Source of the DNA: Deltaproteobacteria bacterium
GTDB taxonomy: Bacteria; Myxococcota_A; Polyangia; HGW-17; JAJRWW01
DNA length: 64,000 bases
Assembly (NCBI GenBank): GCA_029938605.1
Contig: JAOZUO010000003.1
Span: 26,592-90,591, forward strand
Direction of reading: 5' to 3'
The notes below the pieces were generated by a model. It was not told the DNA's origin, did no database searches, and saw only the letters and a program-made list of their open reading frames with translations. Positions 1 to 7,213 of the stretch are shown piece after piece (the first letter of the stretch is position 1; every line of letters starts with the position of its first letter). Both the position numbers and the translations under genes were made by a program.

Positions 1-817
1 AGCGACGGTTGGGGTCCGGGTCCAGGGCCTGGGCCAGAACCCGGTCCAAGGCCATGGTGACGAGGCCGTCGGTGCGCACCCGGGAGGCACGGCGTGAGGG
101 CTGGGTCACACGGCTGAGGGGATCCCCCACCGCCTTGTCCCAGGGTAGCTTCCCGGTGACCGCCTCGAAGAGCACCGCGGCCAGGGCGAACTGATCCACC
201 CGATGGTCCACGGGGGTTCCGGGCTGCAATAGCTCGGGGGCGGCGTAGTCCGCCGGCACCCCGCTGACCAGCGCCTGCGATTGCGAGCCCTTCTCCATGC
301 CCTTCATGAGCTGCCCCAGCCCGAAGCCCAGGAGCTTCACCGCCGGCGTGCCTGTGGCCAGGTCCACCATCACGTAGTGGGGTGCCAGCTCCATGTGCAG
401 GATGCCACGCTGGTGGGCGTCTCCCAGACCCGCAAGCCCCTGCATGCCGATGGCCACCACCTCCTCGGGAGTGAGCGGGCCGTCCTCGACGAGGATGCGG
501 CGCAGGTCGCGCCCCTCGGCGAGCTCCATGGCCAGGTACACATAGCCTCGATCATCTAGCCCGAAGTCGGAGATCTTCGCGCAGTTGGGGTGGTCCAGCT
601 GGGTGGCCACCCGAGCGACCCGCTGGAACCGAGCCACGTTCTTCTCGCCCGGATCCGTGCTCGCTCGGGCCACCTTGAGGGCCACGTGCTTGTGGATAAG
701 CACATGCTCGGCTTCGTATACATCGGCTCGGCCGGTAGCGTCCAGCCGCGCCCGAATCCGGAACCGACCGCCAATGATCTCATCACTCAGCGGCGTAGCC
801 CGACGATCGCTGCTCAT
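1..817 (-). CDS. Ser/Thr protein kinase-like protein, probably a pseudokinase. The 5' end (ATG at 817) is in the window; the 3' end runs off the window start.
   Basis: I translated the minus strand from the ATG at 817 and found no stop down to position 1. The product reads MSSDRRATPLSDEIIGGRFRIRARLDATGRADVYEAEHVLIHKHVALKVARAS...GILHMELAPHYVMVDL...KLLGFGLGQ...YAAPELL. It has a kinase-like fold with a VALK lysine and an APE motif. The HRDLKPxN catalytic loop is replaced by HMELAPHY and DFG is replaced by GFG. The ORF is absent from the track because it has no stop inside the window. Confidence 0.5.
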   Translation of the reverse strand, partial: MSSDRRATPLSDEIIGGRFRIRARLDATGRADVYEAEHVLIHKHVALKVARASTDPGEKNVARFQRVARVATQLDHPNCAKISDFGLDDRGYVYLAMELAEGRDLRRILVEDGPLTPEEVVAIGMQGLAGLGDAHQRGILHMELAPHYVMVDLATGTPAVKLLGFGLGQLMKGMEKGSQSQALVSGVPADYAAPELLQPGTPVDHRVDQFALAAVLFEAVTGKLPWDKAVGDPLSRVTQPSRRASRVRTDGLVTMALDRVLAQALDPDPNRR

Positions 818-958
818 TATAGGTACCCCTTGGGATCAGCCCCCAGATAATAGACGATCTCTCCAAAGCCCGCCAAACTTTGTTGCAGACCGTGACCCCC
901 AAGAGCAAAAACTGGCAAATCCAGGTATTTAATAGGGAGTAAGAAGGACCCTTGCCAG

Positions 959-1663
959 ATGAGCGCGGTTCCGTATGATGGTACACCTCGGTTTGACTCA
1001 ATCGCCCGATACCGTCGAAAGATCATGAAGAACGCCAAAACAGAACGTCCTCCCACCCGCCGCGAGCGGGAACGCGCACGTCACCGGCAGGAAATCCTGG
1101 ACGCGTCGTGTCAGGTGTTTTCTGAAAAAGGTTTCAAAAGCACCACCATCGCTGACATTTCCAAGCGCAGCGAGTTCTCCATCGCCTCCATCTACAAGCA
1201 CTTCGAAAGCAAGGAGGACATCTACCACTCCCTCATCGAAGACACCCTCGAGATGGCTTACAGCGAGCTGGAGAAGTCCACTCAGGGCGTGGACAGCCCC
1301 CTCCAGCAGATCCACAACGGCATGGACGCGATCCTGGATCTGTTTACGGACAACCGGGCCTTCCTGGAGTTCTTCATCGCCGAGTACCGGCCCAGCGCCG
1401 ATCTGGAGGACAAGCCCCTGGCGCGCAAGTCCATGGACTCCTACCGTCGCTTCCTGGAGTTCTTCGCCGAGCGTTTCGCCCTGGCCATCGAGGCCAAGGA
1501 GGTCGCCGATTTCCCGCCCACCTACCTCGCCATCGGCCTGCTGGGCAACATCTTCACCATGACGTCCTACTGGATCTACTTCGACGCCCTGGACCTCGCC
1601 AAGGCCGAACGCCACCTGATCAAGGAGATCTTCTTCTCCAAGATCGCCCTGGTGGACGCCTAG
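959..1663 (+). CDS. TetR/AcrR family transcriptional regulator
   Basis: N-terminal TetR helix-turn-helix (ILDASCQVFSEKGFKSTTIADISKRSEFSIASIYKHFESKEDI) followed by a helical ligand-binding domain. 234 aa. Confidence 0.85.
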   Translation: MSAVPYDGTPRFDSIARYRRKIMKNAKTERPPTRRERERARHRQEILDASCQVFSEKGFKSTTIADISKRSEFSIASIYKHFESKEDIYHSLIEDTLEMAYSELEKSTQGVDSPLQQIHNGMDAILDLFTDNRAFLEFFIAEYRPSADLEDKPLARKSMDSYRRFLEFFAERFALAIEAKEVADFPPTYLAIGLLGNIFTMTSYWIYFDALDLAKAERHLIKEIFFSKIALVDA

Positions 1664-1708
1664 TTTCAACAGCAAGTATGTAGGAGGAACGGGTCGGGAG
1701 GCCGGGAG

Positions 1709-1954
1709 CTACAGATCCTGCGCGTGCAGGCCCTGCTCACGGATGAAGTCGTTGAGCTTGATGGGGACGTTCTCGTGGAAGCGGACCTTGTCCTTGGCGA
1801 TCTCGCGCAGGGCGGTGACCGCGGGCTTGTTGCTGCACTTCACCAGGGGCTCGAAGCCCTTCTGGAGCTGGCGAGCGCGCATGGCCCCTAAGACCACCAG
1901 CGCGAAGCGGTTGGGTTGTTGCTCGAGACAATCTTCTACGGTTACTCTGGCCAC
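1709..1954 (-). CDS. rpoZ: DNA-directed RNA polymerase subunit omega
   Basis: ARVTVEDCLEQQPNRFALVVLGAMRARQL matches the conserved RpoZ N-terminus. The track ORF extends to 1987 via a TTG, but the GTG at 1954 gives the canonical M-ARVTVEDC start. Confidence 0.8.
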   Translation of the reverse strand: MARVTVEDCLEQQPNRFALVVLGAMRARQLQKGFEPLVKCSNKPAVTALREIAKDKVRFHENVPIKLNDFIREQGLHAQDL

Positions 1955-2018
1955 GTTTCGCCTCCAAGACAGTGCAGTCGAGCACAAGTAGCCCCGACCC
2001 CCTGTTTTGTCAAGGAGT

Positions 2019-2178
2019 TAGGGTCCGCCTCAAAATAACTCGATCGCTCAGGACGCCGCTGCATCCCGGCTCGCTTCGTTTCTTCTCGTTGCATATCAAT
2101 AAGTATGCGCCTCGTCGTGCCTCGCGAGCCGGGCGCATCGACGCCCTGATTCGAGGACTTATTTTGAGACGGACCCTT
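2019..2178. repeat. ~160-bp imperfect palindromic intergenic element (family C/D), lying between the mscS 3' end and the rpoZ 5' end
   Basis: The left arm agggtccgcctcaaaataact... is nearly the reverse complement of the right arm ...agtcctcgaatcaggg...gagacggaccct. The central 74-nt core gcgcccggctcgcgaggcacgacgaggcgcatacttattgatatgcaacgagaag is identical, in inverted orientation, to the core at 34921-34995. Confidence 0.7.
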
Positions 2179-2179
2179 A

Positions 2180-3487
2180 TCACCCTGCGCCCCGGCGGTC
2201 AGCCTCGTCCAGGGACTTCCCGGCGTTCTGATCCTCGGAGTCCTTCCGCCGCTCCTGGAGCATGGCGGCGCACCGCTCATTAAACCGCATGCGCTCGTCG
2301 TCGTCGTTTTGCCGCATGTACACCGCGTGGGATGGGAAAGCAAACTCCACGCCGATCTCGGAGAGGGTCTGCATGAGCCGCAGGTTCAGCGACTCGCGCA
2401 CGGCCAGGAACTCCGCCCAGACGGTGGTCTTGGAAAAGCAGTAGATCATGATCTCCAGGGCGGAGTCGGCGAAGTCCGTGAAGTACACCAGCCAGAAGTC
2501 CTGGCGGATCTCCTCGTGGTTCCGCAGCACGTCCCGGACCCGGGCCAGGGCCTCGCGCATCTGATCCGGCGTGGTCTCGTAGGTCACCCCGATGCGGAAG
2601 GAGATCCGTCGCTTGAACATGCGCGAAAAGTTCTCGATGGCCGATCTGGCGAGCGTATCGTTGGGCACCAACACCAGGGAGTTGCCAAAGGTACGCACCT
2701 TGGTGGATCGGAATCCGATGTCCTCCACGGTGCCCTCCACGTCCTTGGTCTTGATCCAGTCGCCGATGTCGAAGGGGTAGTCCCCGACGATGGTGATGGT
2801 CCCGAAGACATTGGCGAGAGTGTCCTTAGCGGCGAGGGCCACGGCGAGACCGCCGATGCCCAGACCGGCGAGGATGCCGGCGATCTGCACGCCCGACTCC
2901 TGCAGCACCATGAGGCCGGCGACGATCACGATGGCCACCCGCATGACGCGATCCACGAAGGGCACCAGCCGATCGTCGAGCGGGGACTTGGTCTTGGCGG
3001 TCAGCTTCGTGAGAAAGTGCGTGCCGAGGCCCACCGAGCGGGTCAGGGCCCAGGCGCCAATGACGATGAGGGCCACCACCAGCCCCTTGTTGCTAATGGC
3101 GTCGTAGTTTGTGGGGTGGCGCGGGAGCTTGAGGATCGCAAGGGCCGCGTAAATGTTCAACACCTGGAGCACAGCGCCGATGGGGGGCCTAACGGCCTCG
3201 AAGAGCTTGTCGTCCCACTCGGCGTCGGTGCGCTTGGACATCCGGGCTAAAAACCCCATGAGGATGCCCAGGATGTACTTTCGGGCCAGGTAGATCATCA
3301 CCAGCACCCCAAAGGCCGCGGCGATACGCCAGGCGTCAAACCCCACAAACTGCTGTGTGATCATAAACTCGTGCACAGTGTCCCAGATCGATCTCCAGTC
3401 CATATCCGCTCTCCCAACTGGGCAAACGCCCCAACTCCTGGGCCGCGCACAGTGGTCCCACCCTAACGGGGCGCAATGAAATTGCAA
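2180..3487 (-). CDS. mechanosensitive ion channel protein, MscS family
   Basis: N-terminal TM helices followed by the conserved MscS beta-domain (ITIVGDYPFDIGDWIKTKDVEGTVEDIGFRSTKVRTFGNSLVLVPNDTLARSAIENFS) and a C-terminal extension. Confidence 0.8.
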   Translation of the reverse strand: MQFHCAPLGWDHCARPRSWGVCPVGRADMDWRSIWDTVHEFMITQQFVGFDAWRIAAAFGVLVMIYLARKYILGILMGFLARMSKRTDAEWDDKLFEAVRPPIGAVLQVLNIYAALAILKLPRHPTNYDAISNKGLVVALIVIGAWALTRSVGLGTHFLTKLTAKTKSPLDDRLVPFVDRVMRVAIVIVAGLMVLQESGVQIAGILAGLGIGGLAVALAAKDTLANVFGTITIVGDYPFDIGDWIKTKDVEGTVEDIGFRSTKVRTFGNSLVLVPNDTLARSAIENFSRMFKRRISFRIGVTYETTPDQMREALARVRDVLRNHEEIRQDFWLVYFTDFADSALEIMIYCFSKTTVWAEFLAVRESLNLRLMQTLSEIGVEFAFPSHAVYMRQNDDDERMRFNERCAAMLQERRKDSEDQNAGKSLDEADRRGAG

Positions 3488-3567
3488 CCGCGTCGGGTGC
3501 TCACTTGCAACCGATGGCCAGGAAGGGTAATTTTTGAGGAGTATCGAAGGCGTAAGGAAACTAGCTC

Positions 3568-4590
3568 ATGAAAAAAATCCTCCTTCTAATTATTCCTGTG
3601 GTCCTGCTGGCTCCGATGAGCGGTTGCAAGACCAAGAAGAAATCGCAGTCCGGCCCCGACAAGAACCTCGAGGCGCTGCAGCAGTCTGGGGAGAAGCTCA
3701 AGGCCAGCGCGTCGGATCTGCTCAGGCGGCGCGGCAAGCTCCAGACCAACCGCAAGCAGATCGATGCGGCCCGCAAGGCCCTGGAAACCAAGCGTTCCAC
3801 CCTGGCCAAGGACGACATCGAGGGCCACGCCAAGCTCGTCAAGGAGGAGATCGCTCTCAAGAAAAAGGAGACTGACCTACGCATGGCCGAGGGTCAGGTC
3901 AACGACAAGCTCATGGGCGCACTGCAGCGACAGGAGCAGTTCTTCGCCCGGGCCACCGCGGCCCTGAAGGCCAAGAGCACCAGTGGTGGCGGGGACGCCA
4001 CGTCCAATGTGCGTGGTCGGGAGCACGGAGTGGCCCTGCGGGAGAAGGCCGTGGCGCGCCGGGAGAAGGCCGTGGCCCAGCGGGAGAAGGCCTTAAACGA
4101 CCAGTACCGGAAGATCGTCGACTACAAGGCCAAGAAGTGCGCCGTATCCACCACCATGGTCACCACCATCTCCGCGCCCTCCATGCCCGCAAGCGGCGGC
4201 GGGCGCAGCTACACCAAGGCAGACGCCAAGGCCGCCTACGCCAGGGCCATGTCGACCATGTCGAGCAAAGGGATCCGGATATCGGATCTGCCCTCGGGCT
4301 TCTCCAAGCTCATCAGCAACATCAAGAAGTTCATCCGTAAAAAAGAGTACGCCCGGGCCAAGATCGGCGCAGACCAGCTCCGGGCCACCCTGCGCTCCAT
4401 CAAGATCAATCGCGGCTTCGTGGGCGCCAAGATGGGCCGCCTGGCGGCGTACATCCGCCGGAAAAAGCTGAGCACCGCCAAACGCGAGAAGGTCAGCAAG
4501 CTCTTCGTGCAGGTGACCACGGCCTTCACCGACGGCCGGTTCTCCTCGGCCAACGGAAAGATCAACCGCATCTACGGCGTGATCAGGTAA
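3568..4590 (+). CDS. lipoprotein with a long coiled-coil region, function unknown
   Basis: Lipoprotein signal MKKILLLIIPVVLLAPMSGC. Heptad-like, KE-rich sequence and a repeated REKAVA motif. Confidence 0.5.
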   Translation: MKKILLLIIPVVLLAPMSGCKTKKKSQSGPDKNLEALQQSGEKLKASASDLLRRRGKLQTNRKQIDAARKALETKRSTLAKDDIEGHAKLVKEEIALKKKETDLRMAEGQVNDKLMGALQRQEQFFARATAALKAKSTSGGGDATSNVRGREHGVALREKAVARREKAVAQREKALNDQYRKIVDYKAKKCAVSTTMVTTISAPSMPASGGGRSYTKADAKAAYARAMSTMSSKGIRISDLPSGFSKLISNIKKFIRKKEYARAKIGADQLRATLRSIKINRGFVGAKMGRLAAYIRRKKLSTAKREKVSKLFVQVTTAFTDGRFSSANGKINRIYGVIR

Positions 4591-4656
4591 CTGCTCGGAC
4601 GAGCCTGGGTTCCCGTTGACAGGGTCGGCCACCGCGCCTACTGTCCGGCACCAACC

Positions 4657-5148
4657 ATGTACAGACTGTGCTCTCTGATGTTTCTGCTCGCTGGGCCGGG
4701 CGATGCTTCGCCGCTTCCCTCGGCGGAGCTGCCGAGCTACGGAGGGTTACTTCTAAAAACCATTCTGGCGCTGGTGATCGTCATCGGGCTGGCCTACGCG
4801 CTGCTGCGCTGGGGGCTCAAACGACTGATGCCCGGGCACGCGTCCGGTGGTGGCGAGATCAGCATTCTGGATCGGCAGCCCTTGGACAGCCGCCGCCAGG
4901 TGGTGCTGGTCAAAGCCTACGGGCGTTACCTGCTGCTGGGCGTGGGGGACGGATCGGTCACGCTCCTGACAGAGCTGGAGGCCGAAGCGGTGGCCGAGGC
5001 CGAGCGACGACGGGCGGCCCATCCCCCGAAGCGCTTCGCCGACGTGCTGCGCTCGGCCCTGGGGCGTAACAAACCTCCCCCCGAGCCCATCACCCCCAGC
5101 GACCACAGCGATGATCGCCAGGCTGACAAGGACCGGCGCGATGAATAG
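4657..5148 (+). CDS. fliO: flagellar-type export apparatus protein, FliO-like
   Basis: Single TM helix (ILALVIVIGLAYALL) followed by the FliO-like motif EISILDRQPLDSRRQVVLVKAYGRYLLLGVGDGSVTLLTEL. Sits immediately upstream of fliPQR. Confidence 0.55.
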   Translation: MYRLCSLMFLLAGPGDASPLPSAELPSYGGLLLKTILALVIVIGLAYALLRWGLKRLMPGHASGGGEISILDRQPLDSRRQVVLVKAYGRYLLLGVGDGSVTLLTELEAEAVAEAERRRAAHPPKRFADVLRSALGRNKPPPEPITPSDHSDDRQADKDRRDE

Positions 5149-5306
5149 GGTCCGACCAGGAATAGGCCGGTCAGCTCAGGTCGTCGAGGCGCCCCGGTGG
5201 CAAGGACCAAGGAGCGAGGAAATCTCCATGATTCCGAGTGACGAGGGACGCAGTCAGCGGGGATGGATCGGCGGGCTGAGCGATCTGCCTATTGCTGGTC
5301 GGACCC
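5145..5306. repeat. ~160-bp imperfect palindromic element with 16-bp terminal inverted repeats (family A/B), between fliO and fliP
   Basis: The 5' end gggtccgaccaggaat is the reverse complement of the 3' end att(g)ctggtcggaccc. It is ~88% identical to 10900-11062. It contains ggagcgagga-N7-ATG (5211-5230) in frame with fliP. Confidence 0.75.
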
Positions 5307-5311
5307 ATAGA

Positions 5312-6037
5312 GTGCTCTCCCTGGGGCTACTCCTACCTCTGCCCGCCCTGGCCCCTTCCGGAGATCGGCTGCTGGACAGCCCGCTGCTGGCCGTACTCGT
5401 CGTGGCCGCGCTGTCGCTGTTGGGCTTCGCCGTGGTGATGCTCACCAGCTTCGTGAAGGTGGCGGTGGTGCTGTCGGTGTTGCGCTCGGCCATGGGCACA
5501 CCCCAGGTGCCGCCCACCCTGGTGATCACCGGCTTGGCCTTCGTGATCGCGGCCTACGTCATGGCGCCGGTGGTTCGGCAGACCGTGCGTATTGTAGAGC
5601 CCGAGGTGGAGCAGCTCAAGGCTGGGGGCGGCTCCACCGCCGAGCAGGTGCAGCGCTACGCGGCGGCGGGAAAAAAGGCCGCTGGACCCATGCGCGGCTT
5701 CCTCAAAAAACACGCCCATTCCCGGGACCGGGCCTCCTTCCTGGCCATGGCCCGGCGCCTGCACGAGCCCCAGGACCGGACGAAGATCCACAGCGACGAC
5801 TTCCTGGTGCTGGTGCCGGCCTTTCTGACCAGCGAGCTGAAGGAGGCCTTCATCATCGGATTCTTTTTGTTCGTGCCGTTTCTGGTGATCGACCTGGTGG
5901 TGGGGAACATCCTGCTGGCCCTGGGCATGCACATGCTGTCGCCCACGACCATCTCCCTGCCCTTCAAGTTCCTGCTCTTCGTGTTGGTGGACGGGTGGCA
6001 CCTGCTGACCCGGGGCCTCATCGCAGGATACCTATAG
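5312..6037 (+). CDS. fliP: type III secretion / flagellar export gate protein FliP (SctR)
   Basis: The FliP family signature TSFVKVAVVLSVLRSAMGTPQVPPTLVITGLAFVIAAYVMAPV and four TM helices. Start taken at GTG 5312; an in-frame ATG at 5228 inside the upstream repeat is an alternative. Confidence 0.85.
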   Translation: MLSLGLLLPLPALAPSGDRLLDSPLLAVLVVAALSLLGFAVVMLTSFVKVAVVLSVLRSAMGTPQVPPTLVITGLAFVIAAYVMAPVVRQTVRIVEPEVEQLKAGGGSTAEQVQRYAAAGKKAAGPMRGFLKKHAHSRDRASFLAMARRLHEPQDRTKIHSDDFLVLVPAFLTSELKEAFIIGFFLFVPFLVIDLVVGNILLALGMHMLSPTTISLPFKFLLFVLVDGWHLLTRGLIAGYL

Positions 6038-6050
6038 CAGGAAATTTATT

Positions 6051-6329
6051 ATGGAAGACACGATTCTTCGAGTGGCCAGGGAAGGGATGCTCCTGGTGCT
6101 GGTGTGCAGCGCGCCGCCTGTCCTGGCGGCCCTGGTGGTGGGGCTGTTCATGGGCGTGCTCCAGGCGGCCACCCAGGTGCAGGAGCAGACCCTCAACCTG
6201 GTGCCCAAGATCGTCGCGGTGACCGTGGCCCTGCTCGTGGCCGGGCCCTGGATGGGCAGCCAGCTTCTACGCTTCACCGAAGCCCTGATGGTGGCCATCG
6301 CCCAGGTGGGTCGCATGGGCGGGCCGTGA
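6051..6329 (+). CDS. fliQ: export gate protein FliQ (SctS)
   Basis: 92-aa two-TM protein with the FliQ motif GLFMGVLQAATQVQEQTLNLVPKIVAV. Confidence 0.85.
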   Translation: MEDTILRVAREGMLLVLVCSAPPVLAALVVGLFMGVLQAATQVQEQTLNLVPKIVAVTVALLVAGPWMGSQLLRFTEALMVAIAQVGRMGGP

Positions 6330-7138
6330 CCGATCTCCTCTCGGCGCTGCTGGACAGCGGTGAGCTGGAGCAGTACGTGGCCATCTTCTTTCTGGTGGCC
6401 GCCCGGTGGCTACCGCTGACCATCCTGGCGCCCATCTTCGCGGCACGGTCCATGCCCGCCACGGCGCGGCTGGGTTTGGCCTTCGCCCTGACCCTGCTGG
6501 TCTTCGGGGCGGCCCACTCGGCGAGCGGCCCCGTGGCCTCGGGCTCGACGACCCTGGCGCTGCTGGTGGTGCGGGAGGTGCTCGTGGGCGCACTCCTGGG
6601 CCTGGTGGTAGCCATCCCGTTTTACGCCCTGGAGGCCGCCGGACGCCTCATAGACACCGCCCGGGGCGCCCGCATGGCCGAAGTCCTCGCGGCGCCCGCG
6701 GGGATCCGCACCTCACCCACCGGCGCCTTCCTGCTGCTCATGGGTGTGGTGCTCTTTTTGCTGGTGGACGGGCACCTGATGGTGATCAGCGCCGTGGGCC
6801 AGAGCTATCAATCCCTGCCCGTGGGGGCTGAACTACCGCCAGACGCCCCCGCCCGGGTGTTACCCCTGGCCCTGCACCTGGGCTCCGAGCTGCTGCTCGT
6901 GGCCCTGGGAATCGCCGCGCCCGTGCTGGCCACCGCGGTGCTGGTGGATCTGTCCCTGGGCCTCGCCGGACGCCTTGCCCCACGGCTACCCCTGTACTTT
7001 CTCGGCCTGCCCCTCAAGGGCCTCGGTGGCATCGCCGTGCTCCTGCTCACCCTCTCGGTATTGCTCTGGTCCCTGGGCGGACTGTACCGACTCACCCTGC
7101 ACGCCTTGGAGGCGACCCTGGCCACCCTGGGGGGATAG
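6326..7138 (+). CDS. fliR: export gate protein FliR (SctT)
   Basis: Polytopic membrane protein. The GTG at 6326 overlaps the fliQ stop (GTGA). The track ORF 6104-7138 shares the frame, but its upstream part overlaps fliQ. Confidence 0.8.
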   Translation: MTDLLSALLDSGELEQYVAIFFLVAARWLPLTILAPIFAARSMPATARLGLAFALTLLVFGAAHSASGPVASGSTTLALLVVREVLVGALLGLVVAIPFYALEAAGRLIDTARGARMAEVLAAPAGIRTSPTGAFLLLMGVVLFLLVDGHLMVISAVGQSYQSLPVGAELPPDAPARVLPLALHLGSELLLVALGIAAPVLATAVLVDLSLGLAGRLAPRLPLYFLGLPLKGLGGIAVLLLTLSVLLWSLGGLYRLTLHALEATLATLGG

Positions 7139-7213
7139 TGCAAGGTGTCAGGGTGTCAGGGTTAACCCCGTTGGCGTTTCAGGGTATACTTCCGCCCGTA
7201 AAGGACGTGCATC

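Noticed and set aside
5111-5311. Track ORF 5111-6037, which begins inside the fliO stop region and translates through the repeat element
   Set aside because: The first 67 codons correspond to the dispersed 160-bp element, whose two copies differ mainly non-synonymously. FliP conservation starts at the hydrophobic leader. Initiation at the ATG at 5228 inside the element is kept only as a hypothesis.
6104-6325. Upstream part of track ORF 6104-7138 (FliR frame) that extends back over fliQ
   Set aside because: It lies entirely within fliQ in another frame. The FliR homology begins at the GTG at 6326, which overlaps the fliQ stop. The extension is a high-GC open-frame artefact.
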